From positions 4,223 to 68,222 of the forward strand of contig JAHEEU010000267.1 in the NCBI GenBank assembly GCA_024640545.1: a stretch of DNA of 64,000 bases. The letters are read 5' to 3'. The notes beneath the pieces were generated by a model. It did no database searches. It was not told where the DNA came from and saw only the letters and a list, made by a program, of their open reading frames with translations. The position numbers and the translations under genes were made by a program. This stretch comes from Geobacteraceae bacterium. GTDB taxonomy: Bacteria; Desulfobacterota; Desulfuromonadia; Desulfuromonadales; BM103. Shown here piece after piece: positions 9,376 to 18,106 of this stretch. Numbering within the stretch: the stretch's first letter is position 1; every line of letters begins with the position of its first letter.

Positions 9376-10994
9376 TGCCTGGTCTCCTTCATGATGGCGG
9401 CGTAGGCGGCATGATCTGCCTGCATGCGTCGCATGATTGAATATTTCCGGTCATGGTATTCGGCGATGGCCCCGCCGCGGGGCCGGATCGTTGCCCCGGA
9501 ACCGCTCATTGCGGACATGGCCGCCGGAAGTTCCGGGTATGTCCCGGAGGCAACCGCACCCATCATGGCGCTGCCCAGCAGGACGGGTTCCGGGGTGTTC
9601 GGGACAATGATGACGCAGCCGGTGGCGTCGGCATTCTCGCGCAGGAAGAGCTCGTTGCGGGCCAGGCCGCCGCTGGCGACGATGGTGTCGATCGTGATCC
9701 CTGAAGAACGCATCTCCTCGATGATATGTCGGGTTCCGTAAGCCAGGGCCTGGAGCGTTGCCAGGTAGTCGAGGGCGAGGTCGTCGGGGCCGACGTCAAG
9801 GGACAGCCCGTCCATCGCGCCGTGCCGCCACGGTTCGGCCAGGGGCGAGCGGTTGCCATGGAAGTCCGGCTGAATGTGCCGGTTGCGGGACAGGAGGGCT
9901 GTTTCCTCGTCCAGGGCCGCGAGGCGTGCCTCGAGCAGCGCATAGATGCTCTTGCGGTCTTTCTCGGCCGCCAGGTGTAAATCCCGTGATGCCGCGTGAC
10001 GTGCGATCACTGTGTCGATGAGCGCCCCGGCTGCCGACTGCCCACCCTCGTTTGCCCACATATCGGGCAGCAACACCGAGTAATACGGTCCCCAGACCCC
10101 CGGAACGAAGTTGGGCGACGGTGAAACACAGATGTGGCACGTGGATGTGCCGGCAATCATGGCCAGGCGTCCTGTCGCCTGTCCTCCGGCAACGCTGAGT
10201 GTGCCAAGAGCCCCTGCATAGGCATCGATGATCCCGGTCGCGACCGGGGTGCCGATGGCAAGACCAAGTTCCCTGGCGGCATTCTCGGTGAGCCCTCCGG
10301 TCCTGGCCCCGGGCGAAAGGAACCGGGTGCCAATCTTCTCGTGCCGTGCCCCGGTCAGGTCCTCCAGGCCGATGGTTGCCAGGAATTCGTCGTCCCAGCC
10401 TTCTCCGTTCTCGCCACGCTGGCCCAGGTAAGTCCATTTGCAGACGGGTGAGCACAGCGAGCGATCGTCGGTGCCGGTTGCCCGGTGAACGAGCCAGTCG
10501 GGGAGATCCCAGTAGCGCGCCGCCTTCGCCCAGGCGGCCGGCAACTCGCGTTTCAGCCAGCGCAGCTTCGGCAGTTCCATCTCGGGTGAAATGACCCCGC
10601 CGACATAGCGCAGGACCTCGGCGTTGGTCACATTGATCTCTGCGGCATCTTGTATCGCCCGGTGGTCCATCCAGAGGATGATGTCCTGCTCGGCTGATCC
10701 GTCGGGACTGACCGACACCGGGTTGCCCGCGTCATCAGCGACCACCAGCGAGCAGGTGGCATCGAAACCGATGCCCGCGATGGACTCGGCGGAGACCGCG
10801 GCGCGCGTGACGGCTTCGTGGACACTTTGCGCCACGGATGACCAGATTTGAGCCGAACTCTGCTGGGCGAAATCCTGAACCGGACGAAATACCGAGATGG
10901 GCCTCTGCGCCGTGCCAAGGCACTTGCCTTGCACGTCGAAAACTCCGGCCCGGGCACTTCCCGTGCCCACGTCAACCCCGATAAAATTTTTCAT
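9372..10994 (-). CDS. FGGY-family pentulose/ribulokinase-like carbohydrate kinase
   Basis: 540 aa. N-terminal [16 protein letters not shown] ATPase motif and the length typical of the FGGY pentulose kinase branch. Confidence 0.85.
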   Translation of the reverse strand: MKNFIGVDVGTGSARAGVFDVQGKCLGTAQRPISVFRPVQDFAQQSSAQIWSSVAQSVHEAVTRAAVSAESIAGIGFDATCSLVVADDAGNPVSVSPDGSAEQDIILWMDHRAIQDAAEINVTNAEVLRYVGGVISPEMELPKLRWLKRELPAAWAKAARYWDLPDWLVHRATGTDDRSLCSPVCKWTYLGQRGENGEGWDDEFLATIGLEDLTGARHEKIGTRFLSPGARTGGLTENAARELGLAIGTPVATGIIDAYAGALGTLSVAGGQATGRLAMIAGTSTCHICVSPSPNFVPGVWGPYYSVLLPDMWANEGGQSAAGALIDTVIARHAASRDLHLAAEKDRKSIYALLEARLAALDEETALLSRNRHIQPDFHGNRSPLAEPWRHGAMDGLSLDVGPDDLALDYLATLQALAYGTRHIIEEMRSSGITIDTIVASGGLARNELFLRENADATGCVIIVPNTPEPVLLGSAMMGAVASGTYPELPAAMSAMSGSGATIRPRGGAIAEYHDRKYSIMRRMQADHAAYAAIMKETRQ

Positions 10995-11014
10995 AACACC
11001 CCTTTGCGGACCTG

Positions 11015-11653
11015 TCAGATGTTCATTGCGCGCCTCTTGGCACTGTCAATGTGGGCATCCATCGCCGCCACTGCGGCAGCCTCGTCGCGCTGCGCCAGAG
11101 CGTTGATAATTGCCAGGTGTTCGTCCATGACCGAGGTCACCAGTCGAGGCAGGATTCGTGTGTTTTCCTGGCAGATGAGACGGATCTTGATCGAATTCAC
11201 CCGGTAGATATTGGCAATCAGTTCATTCTTCAACGCATCGATCATGGTGTCGTGCATGAGCCGGTCCATGGCCTGCGCGTGATCCAGCAGCTCTGCAGTG
11301 ACAGAGCTCTCGGCGGTCTCCCGTACGGTTGAGTGTTCCACTCTGAGGCGTTCGATATCCTCGTCGGCCGCGGTCTTGACAAATTGCCTGACGGCCTCGC
11401 GCTCGAGCAACCCCCTGAGCTGAAAGGCGTTGCGGATAAAATCCAGGTCGACATGAGCGATTTGCAGGCCACGGTTGGGAACGGTACGGATGAGTCCGTC
11501 AGCTTCGAGTCTGAGGATCATGTCCCGGATTGCACCGAGAGGCATACCGGTGATCTGAACCAACTCCCGTTGCGACACGAACTGGCCAGGAGAAATTTCC
11601 CGGGCGAGCAGGCGTTCGGTAAAGTTTTCATAGGCTTGTTCTCGCATCAGCAT
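11015..11653 (-). CDS. GntR family transcriptional regulator (FadR/FCD subfamily)
   Basis: 212 aa. N-terminal winged helix-turn-helix (SQRELVQITGMPLGAIRDMILRLEADGLI) plus an all-helical C-terminal FCD-like domain. Confidence 0.9.
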   Translation of the reverse strand: MLMREQAYENFTERLLAREISPGQFVSQRELVQITGMPLGAIRDMILRLEADGLIRTVPNRGLQIAHVDLDFIRNAFQLRGLLEREAVRQFVKTAADEDIERLRVEHSTVRETAESSVTAELLDHAQAMDRLMHDTMIDALKNELIANIYRVNSIKIRLICQENTRILPRLVTSVMDEHLAIINALAQRDEAAAVAAMDAHIDSAKRRAMNI

Positions 11654-11678
11654 GGCCGCTCTCCCGGTTGGCGAAATG

Positions 11679-12605
11679 TCATTCCCTTGCTCTTGGTTGA
11701 TTTTTTAACATTGTTGTCAGCTTGCTCGCAACTTCTGGTTGAGCAGGCAACAGCGGTGCGCGCACGTTTGACCAGATGTCTTCACCGTAAAAGGCCCCGA
11801 CCATCGCCTTGACCATGGGAGTGACCGGATGACGCACGACATCGTCAACGAGTCGGCACAGTGAGTCGTTCAGCTTTCCGGTACGAATCATCTCCGAAAG
11901 CAAACCCGGGATCAGGTTGGCCATGCCGCTGATAGCGCCGGCACCGCCCAGGGGTGCGGCCTGGGCCAGCAGTCGTTCGTCGCCGATCAGTATGGCCAGG
12001 TCTTCGAACTTCAACAGTGTCTGACTGTTGCTCCAGTCCCCGGAGCTGTCCTTGACCCCGAAGATCCTTTCCCCGAAGCGTTCTTTCAACTGGCGAATCA
12101 GCGGGATCGACAGGCCGACCTGGGTCACCTGCGGGATGTGGTAGAGGATAATCCGTGTGTTCTTTGGTTCAAGGCTCTCAATGAAGCTGGCGAACCAGGA
12201 ATAAAGCGCCTGGTCGTCAACCCCCTTGAAATAGAACGGCGGCGTCAGCAGCAGGGTCCTGACTCCTCGAGCCAGGGCCATTTCCGCCTGGGCCCGCGCC
12301 TGCTCGAGGTCGGTTGCACAAATGCAGACGGTGATCATCGCGGCCGCCACGGCCGAGTCGAAGATCTCATCGAGCATTGCTGCGCGTTCGGAGAGCCCGA
12401 TTGAAGCACCTTCTCCGGTTGTTCCGAACAGCGTGATGCCGTTGGCGCCGGCGTCGATGACCCGTCTTGCATGTTTCGCAACGGCCGGCAGGTTAATGGA
12501 CCCGTCAGCACTGAATGGTGTCACCAGCGCGGCAGAGATGCCGAAAAGGTGTGCTCGGTTCCCTTCAACCTTTGGGAAGGGGGGGCAGGGCAGTGGGCAA
12601 GTCAT
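11679..12605 (-). CDS. Dihydrodipicolinate synthase/N-acetylneuraminate lyase family class I aldolase (probable 2-keto-3-deoxy-sugar-acid aldolase or dehydratase)
   Basis: GTTGE and GVKDSSGD (Schiff-base Lys) motifs. I prefer the ATG at 12605 with a GGAGGT RBS (12611-12616 on the complement) over the track start at 12632. Confidence 0.85.
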   Translation of the reverse strand: MTCPLPCPPFPKVEGNRAHLFGISAALVTPFSADGSINLPAVAKHARRVIDAGANGITLFGTTGEGASIGLSERAAMLDEIFDSAVAAAMITVCICATDLEQARAQAEMALARGVRTLLLTPPFYFKGVDDQALYSWFASFIESLEPKNTRIILYHIPQVTQVGLSIPLIRQLKERFGERIFGVKDSSGDWSNSQTLLKFEDLAILIGDERLLAQAAPLGGAGAISGMANLIPGLLSEMIRTGKLNDSLCRLVDDVVRHPVTPMVKAMVGAFYGEDIWSNVRAPLLPAQPEVASKLTTMLKNQPRARE

Positions 12606-12635
12606 GGCATACCTCCAATGTTCTGCTAACATCTT

Positions 12636-12649
12636 ACTGACATGTCAGT
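12636..12649. promoter_or_regulatory. Perfect 14-nt palindrome ACTGACATGTCAGT; candidate GntR operator
   Basis: Self-complementary string 31 nt upstream of the dapA-like start, at the head of the operon that encodes the GntR regulator. Confidence 0.45.
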
Positions 12650-12893
12650 GTTGGTGCAAGTGGAATGCTGATCATTTTCGGGTGATGAGGGGCAATTCTT
12701 TCCTGAAGGATGTGCCGTTCTTGGATCTGCCCGAGTCGCCATTTGTTGTTTTTCATGCGTTTTATAATAATTCGATTATATTTAAAGGACTCATCAGACC
12801 TTTTAAATCTAAGTTATCGTCTGAGGCGTTGTCTGCTATCAGAAAAATATGCAAATGCTTATCGTAGAAAATTGCAAAACGTAATTTTATATG

Positions 12894-12922
12894 TTGACAA
12901 TAGCTGTTTGGCGGTCTTTAAT
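12894..12922 (+). promoter_or_regulatory. Candidate sigma-70 promoter of the TTT operon (TTGACA-17 nt-TTTAAT)
   Basis: Hexamers at 12894-12899 and 12917-12922 in the AT-rich divergent intergenic region. Confidence 0.4.
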
Positions 12923-12930
12923 GTTCTTAA

Positions 12931-12948
12931 AATAGGACAATTATCCTA
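12931..12948. promoter_or_regulatory. Near-palindrome AATAGGAC-AA-TTATCCTA immediately downstream of the putative TTT promoter
   Basis: TAGGA/TCCTA arms around a CAATTA centre. It shares the heptamer AATAGGA with the palindrome at 1671-1687. Confidence 0.3.
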
Positions 12949-13018
12949 CATAGTAGTAATTACTGTTGGCTGGTTTTTAAATAAACCGACCAACAGAAAA
13001 AACCCAAAGGAGGATGTC

Positions 13019-14026
13019 ATGGTAGGGAAAAAAAGTTTAGGTCTGATGATCATGTTGGCTGTTCTCGTCTATGCAGTGGCTGCGGGAGCTGCAGGGTTTC
13101 CTGAACGCAACCTGCAGGGGATCATTATGTGGGGTGCCGGCGGAGGCACCGATGGCGTATCACGCGCCATCACCCCTAACGTAGAGCCTATACTGGGCAA
13201 AGAGATTGTAATGGTTAACAAGCCGGGTGGAACGGGCGCAATTGCCACCCAGTTTGTGCACAGCAGCGCCTCTGACGGGTACACCCTGCTTTTTGGTGCC
13301 GAAAACCCGCAATTATATGGTGTCCTGGAATTGTCGAAACTCAGTTATAACGATTTCTACCCGGTCAATATCCTGGCTCGTGGCCAGGTTGTGATCATCG
13401 CCAATAATGACACTCCCTGGAAGAGCCTGAAGGAACTGGTTGCCGATGCCCAGAAACGCCCTGGCAAAATCAAGATGGGGTCGACCGGCCCCGGCGGCGT
13501 CCCTTATGTCGTTGGCATGCTGATGAAAACCGTGACCGGTTTCGACGTTGCACCGGTGCCGTTTGATGGTGACGGCCCGGGCATCACGGCCTTGCTCGGC
13601 GGGCACGTTGACTTCATCCCGGTCAACCTTGGTGCAGCCAGCGAACATATCCGGGCCGGAAGGGTCCGGCCATTGGCGGTGGTCGACTCGAAAGAACTGG
13701 TTGGTAACGGCTACACCGTACCGCCCATTACCCAGGACTTCCCGGAGTTCGGCAAGTACGTTCCCTGGGGACCCTTCTTTGGTGTCTGGTGCAAGAACGA
13801 CGTTCCCGACGAAGCCAAAAAGGTCCTGGTTGAGGCCTTCAAAAAAGGCGCAGCCACCGACCGATTCAAAGATTTCGTTGCATCGAAGGAAGCGGTCCTA
13901 ATGAATATCAGTGGTGATGAAGCAGACAAGTATCTGAAGAAGTGGCAGTCCGTAACCACTTGGCTTCTGCAGGACGCCGGCGCAACCAAAGTTTCTCCGG
14001 CTGACTTGGGGATACCGAGACCGTAA
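13019..14026 (+). CDS. Tripartite tricarboxylate transporter substrate-binding protein (TctC/Bug family)
   Basis: ATG at 13019 after AAGGAGGA. Signal peptide MVGKKSLGLMIMLAVLVYAVAAGAA and a Bug-family body, followed by tctB and tctA. The track ORF start at 12710 is a spurious extension. Confidence 0.85.
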   Translation: MVGKKSLGLMIMLAVLVYAVAAGAAGFPERNLQGIIMWGAGGGTDGVSRAITPNVEPILGKEIVMVNKPGGTGAIATQFVHSSASDGYTLLFGAENPQLYGVLELSKLSYNDFYPVNILARGQVVIIANNDTPWKSLKELVADAQKRPGKIKMGSTGPGGVPYVVGMLMKTVTGFDVAPVPFDGDGPGITALLGGHVDFIPVNLGAASEHIRAGRVRPLAVVDSKELVGNGYTVPPITQDFPEFGKYVPWGPFFGVWCKNDVPDEAKKVLVEAFKKGAATDRFKDFVASKEAVLMNISGDEADKYLKKWQSVTTWLLQDAGATKVSPADLGIPRP

Positions 14027-14092
14027 AATCTAAAATAACTATGGGCGGCCCTGGAGGCCAAGGGGCCGCCTCCCTAAACTCAAGATAATTCC

Positions 14093-14566
14093 ATGGTTCA
14101 TAAAAATGCAGTCAAGCTCCGCGCAGGCGAGATTTATTTCAACCTGTTGATTTTAATCGCCAGCATAATTGTCCTTGTGCTGGCTTACCGGATATCAGGT
14201 TTTGCCTTGAGCGCAGCCGGGACTTTCCCGTTGGCGTCCAGCAGTGTCATGGTCCTATCATTGCTGATGGTACTGATTGGGAGCAGAAAAAAGGAACGAG
14301 AAAACCAGGAGGGTTTTGCCAGCGAAATTCGCCAAACTATCCGCGAGGTGTTCACAAAAGATTTTGTTATCTATACTCTGTTGCTGCTCCTCTATGCTTC
14401 AACGATTGAACCGCTGCATTTCCTGCCCACATCATTTTTTTTCATCTGCTTGTCTATTATCTATTTGAAAGGCAGCACTCCGGGCAAGGCCGTTATCATT
14501 GGAGCAGGGACACTGGCTTGCATATACCTTGTATTCCTGTATTTCTTCAAAGTTCTCCTCCCATAG
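14093..14566 (+). CDS. TTT small membrane subunit (TctB family)
   Basis: 157 aa with 4 hydrophobic helices, positioned between TctC and TctA. Confidence 0.7.
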   Translation: MVHKNAVKLRAGEIYFNLLILIASIIVLVLAYRISGFALSAAGTFPLASSSVMVLSLLMVLIGSRKKERENQEGFASEIRQTIREVFTKDFVIYTLLLLLYASTIEPLHFLPTSFFFICLSIIYLKGSTPGKAVIIGAGTLACIYLVFLYFFKVLLP

Positions 14567-14581
14567 GAAACGAGGTTTCTC

Positions 14582-16096
14582 GTGACCGGTTCCGCAATTT
14601 CCTATTTTTTTATGGCCTGGACAGACATGTCCCTGCTCTTCTTAACTGCTATCGGCACTTTTGCCGGTATTTACATTGGAGCCATCCCAGGGCTATCCGT
14701 GACGATGGCCGTTTCCATTTTGATTTCCTTTACCTTCTCTTGGGATGTCAATGCGGCCTTAGCCCTGATGGTAGGTGTGTTTTGTGGGGGAGTTTACGGC
14801 GGCTCCCGTTCAGCGATCCTGCTTAATATCCCCGGGGCTCCAGCCTCTATTGCGACCAGTTTTGATGGGTTCCCCCTTGCGCAGCGCGGCGAGGCAGGAC
14901 AGGCTATTGGCATTAGTACGATTGTTTCCGGCATCGGTGGCTTCCTCGGCATTATCGTTTTGGCCGTGGCTGCGCCGACCGTTGCCGAATTTGCTTTGAA
15001 ATTCGCTCCGAGGGATTACCTGCTCCTGGCCTTGATGGGCCTCCTGCTCGTAGGGAGCCTGTCCGGGGAATCCATGGCAAAGGGTGTTTTTGCTGGTGCC
15101 CTTGGGGTGACCCTGGGGATGGTCGGCATGGACCCGATGACCGCCGAGGGACGCTTCACTTTTGGTTACGTCTCTCTGCTTGGAGGGATTCATTTTGTTG
15201 TTGCTATGATCGGCCTTTTTGGTGTCTCTGAAGCGCTTTTCCAATTGCATTCGATCAACCTTAAACCAGTCAAGCAGGATGTCTCGAAAATTGTACCGTC
15301 ATGGAAGGTGATCCTTAAATACTTACCCATTTCTTTGCGATGCTCCCTGATCGGCGTGATAATCGGTGCGCTTCCTGGCACCGGTGGCGATATTGCGTCT
15401 TTGATGGCCTATGACCATGCAAAGCGGACCGTCAAAAATCCATCGCGCCCGTTCGGCCAAGGCGCCTACGAAGGCCTCATCGCCCCAGAATCGGCGAATA
15501 ATGCAGCGGTCGGCGGAGCTTACATCCCCATGTTGACCCTCGGCATTCCGGGGGATGCTGTGACGGCGGTATTTATCGGCGCTCTGTACATCCACGGTCT
15601 CAAGCCAGGGCCGATGATGATGATTGACACCCCATATATGTTCTGGTTCATGGTCGGCAACCTGGTTTTGGCGAATACTTTCATGGTGTTATTTGGCCTG
15701 ACCGGTATCAAGATCTTCGCAAGACTTGTCGAGGTCAAGAAAGGCATCCTGATCCCCTGCATCATCGTCCTGTCTATTGTTGGAACCTATGCGATCAACA
15801 ATAGCATGACGGACGTTTACTGGATGCTGTGCTTCGGTGTGTGTGGCTACCTTCTCAAGATGTTTGGGTACCAGGTGGCTCCGATCATCCTGGGCATCAT
15901 CCTCGGGCCTTTGATGGACCAATCTTATCGGCGGGCGATTATGTCGACAGAACACAATTTCGGCCTTTTCCTGCTCGACCTAGTCAAAAACCCCTTGACC
16001 TGTGTGCTGACCATAGTCGTTCTGTTTATGATCATCAGCAACACCAGGCTATGGCCGAAACTTCTCGGAATGTTTTCATCAACCAAGCGCAGCTGA
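14582..16096 (+). CDS. TTT large permease (TctA family)
   Basis: 504 aa polytopic protein with the GAIPGLS / GALPGTGG motifs typical of TctA. The start could be GTG 14582 or ATG 14612. Confidence 0.9.
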   Translation: MTGSAISYFFMAWTDMSLLFLTAIGTFAGIYIGAIPGLSVTMAVSILISFTFSWDVNAALALMVGVFCGGVYGGSRSAILLNIPGAPASIATSFDGFPLAQRGEAGQAIGISTIVSGIGGFLGIIVLAVAAPTVAEFALKFAPRDYLLLALMGLLLVGSLSGESMAKGVFAGALGVTLGMVGMDPMTAEGRFTFGYVSLLGGIHFVVAMIGLFGVSEALFQLHSINLKPVKQDVSKIVPSWKVILKYLPISLRCSLIGVIIGALPGTGGDIASLMAYDHAKRTVKNPSRPFGQGAYEGLIAPESANNAAVGGAYIPMLTLGIPGDAVTAVFIGALYIHGLKPGPMMMIDTPYMFWFMVGNLVLANTFMVLFGLTGIKIFARLVEVKKGILIPCIIVLSIVGTYAINNSMTDVYWMLCFGVCGYLLKMFGYQVAPIILGIILGPLMDQSYRRAIMSTEHNFGLFLLDLVKNPLTCVLTIVVLFMIISNTRLWPKLLGMFSSTKRS

Positions 16097-16127
16097 CTGG
16101 GCCCGTCTTTTTAGGTAGAGAAATAGC

Positions 16128-16769
16128 TTGTCCCCTTTTAAATTGGTCATTTTCGATTGTGATGGTGTGATCGTCGACAGTGAGCCTCTCGCCGCGGTGG
16201 TCCTCGGTGAGATGCTCGCAGAACTTGGCTTGCCGGCGAAGGATGATGAGGTTCTAGAAAGGTTTAATGGCAGGAAGGTAGCAGAATGGGTCGGTGAGAT
16301 TGAGAAGGAACTGCAACGCCCAATCGCGGATTGGTTTATTCCGGAATTTCGCCGGCGATCGGCGGAGAAGTTTAGCACGGAACTCACCTCGGTGCCGGGG
16401 ATCGAAAAAGTATTGGCAGCACTCCCTATTCCTTATTGCCTGGCTTCTAGCGGACCGATGGAGAAGATCGAACTGACCCTCGGGCTGACTGGGCTGCGTC
16501 ACTTTTTTGAAGGAAGAATTTTCAGTGGCTACGAGGTCGGTTCTTGGAAACCGGATCCGGACCTGTTTTTACACGCCGCCTCATTTTTCAACACTGTTCC
16601 CCAGCAATGCGTGGTGATAGAAGACAGCCTGGCGGGAATCCAGGCAGGGTTGACTGCCGGGATGACGGTCTTCCATTATCAGCCGAAAATATCCAGACCG
16701 GTCAGCGTACACAGTAAGTTGCTCAGTTTCAATTCCATGGCTCAATTGCAGGGACTGCTGGGAATATGA
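16128..16769 (+). CDS. HAD-superfamily hydrolase (phosphatase/beta-phosphoglucomutase-like subfamily IA)
   Basis: N-terminal motif I VIFDCDGVIVDSE; TTG start; 213 aa. Confidence 0.8.
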   Translation: MSPFKLVIFDCDGVIVDSEPLAAVVLGEMLAELGLPAKDDEVLERFNGRKVAEWVGEIEKELQRPIADWFIPEFRRRSAEKFSTELTSVPGIEKVLAALPIPYCLASSGPMEKIELTLGLTGLRHFFEGRIFSGYEVGSWKPDPDLFLHAASFFNTVPQQCVVIEDSLAGIQAGLTAGMTVFHYQPKISRPVSVHSKLLSFNSMAQLQGLLGI

Positions 16770-17100
16770 ATTCCCAACTTAAAACTTTCAGGAACGATAT
16801 ATCCCCCTAACTCTTTCTTACTTCAAGAAAATGCTATCTTTCCCACTGCGCCATCGACAACCAGAAAACTCATTAAGGCCGGCGGGCTCCTTCAGTTCTG
16901 GCTTCCCCTCGTTGCATCCTTCTTTTGTTGCACGGTGGCTGCGATTGCCGGTATTTTTATCAAGGAAATGGCAGCTGATATGGGTTTTGTTTCTGCGTCA
17001 TTTCCACGAGCGCATGTTCTCGTCGATGTCATTTCTATGCCGGGCATGATAGTCAGCGCATAGCCTGGATCAACAGCTTGGGAAAGTGTAAACACTGCAA

Positions 17101-18027
17101 ATGCCTGCCAAGGTTTCGCCATACCTCCTGCTTTGCCTGACCAACCTTTTCTGGAGTTTGAACTTCATTATCGGCAAACTGCTGTCCGGGGTCATCCCGA
17201 CTTCGACGCTCAGTTTTTTGAGGTGGTTGCCGCCGTTTATCTTCTTCCTGCTCCTTTACCGGCGCGACCTGCTGGAGCATCGCGATTTTTTCAAAAAGCA
17301 TCTCCTGCTGATCCTGGCACTCGGAACGACCGGCTACAGTTTGAATTCCATCTGCGTCTATGAGGCGGTGCGTTTTACCACGACCATCAATACCTCCTTC
17401 ATCAATGCCTTCAACCCGGTACTGATCGCCATTGCCGGCTTGATCATGTACCGCTACCCGATCACCAGGCGGCAGGGCCTCGGTTTCCTGCTCTCGCTGA
17501 TCGGTGTGCTCTTCATCATCTTCAAAGGGGAGCTGTCCCGGATTTTGGACCTGCAGGTCAATATCGGCGACCTGTTCATGGTCGGCAGCATCACTTTATG
17601 GGCAATCCATACCATCGTCTACAAGAACAGGGCTGCGCAGCTGCCCGGCAAAGCCATCTTCCCGCTGATGATGCTGGCCGGGTTGATCGTAACGTTCCCC
17701 ATGGCCCTGGCCGAGTGCCTGGCCGGCAACTGGGCCTGGACCAGCCAGGTGCAGGCCCGGCACCTTTTGGGGATCCTGGCCCTCAATATCTTCCCCTCGG
17801 TGCTGGCCTACATGTTCTGGAACCAGGCGCTGACCAGCATTCCTGCCAACCAGGTCGCGATTTTTCAATACCTGATTCCCGTTTACACGACCCTGATCTC
17901 GGTCACCTTTCTTGGCGAGCACCTGCGGGCCTTTCACCTGGTCGGAGGGGGACTGATCTTTCTCGGTGTATTGCTGGTGACCAACAACAGCTCGGTCTTG
18001 CAGAAGCTGATTAGAAGGATTGCCTGA
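17101..18027 (+). CDS. DMT superfamily (EamA-type) transporter
   Basis: 308 aa, 10 predicted TM segments, two EamA-like halves. Confidence 0.85.
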   Translation: MPAKVSPYLLLCLTNLFWSLNFIIGKLLSGVIPTSTLSFLRWLPPFIFFLLLYRRDLLEHRDFFKKHLLLILALGTTGYSLNSICVYEAVRFTTTINTSFINAFNPVLIAIAGLIMYRYPITRRQGLGFLLSLIGVLFIIFKGELSRILDLQVNIGDLFMVGSITLWAIHTIVYKNRAAQLPGKAIFPLMMLAGLIVTFPMALAECLAGNWAWTSQVQARHLLGILALNIFPSVLAYMFWNQALTSIPANQVAIFQYLIPVYTTLISVTFLGEHLRAFHLVGGGLIFLGVLLVTNNSSVLQKLIRRIA

Positions 18028-18106
18028 CAGCCAGCGTCGACTGTCTCGTATATCCACGGTCATAACCCGATTACTGAACGATCCTCTCGAGAAAGAGCCA
18101 GCGTGC

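Noticed and set aside
7957-9405. 482-aa ORF on the + strand
   Set aside because: It lies exactly antisense to the FucI-like gene (7789-9375), which has recognisable family motifs. Its translation is Arg/Gly/Ala/Pro-rich and low in complexity, typical of a GC-driven shadow ORF.
12710-13018. N-terminal 103-aa extension of the TctC ORF in the track. Similar extensions occur at 35361-35549 (kdsA), 37174-37350 (kdsC), 18020-18106 (AEC), 26690-26758 (mqnA), 44632-44718 (IIB), 45830-45904 (IID) and 58813-58878 (tsf).
   Set aside because: These extensions run through AT-rich promoter DNA, repeats, or the preceding gene in another frame. Internal starts with good RBSs give canonical N-termini or signal peptides.
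16770-17100. 330-nt non-coding gap with small ORFs on both strands (16831-17049 +, 16892-17122 -). I considered a decayed gene or a small protein.
   Set aside because: There is no RBS, no conserved motif and an odd composition. It is most likely the junction between separately acquired modules. I cannot support a feature here.
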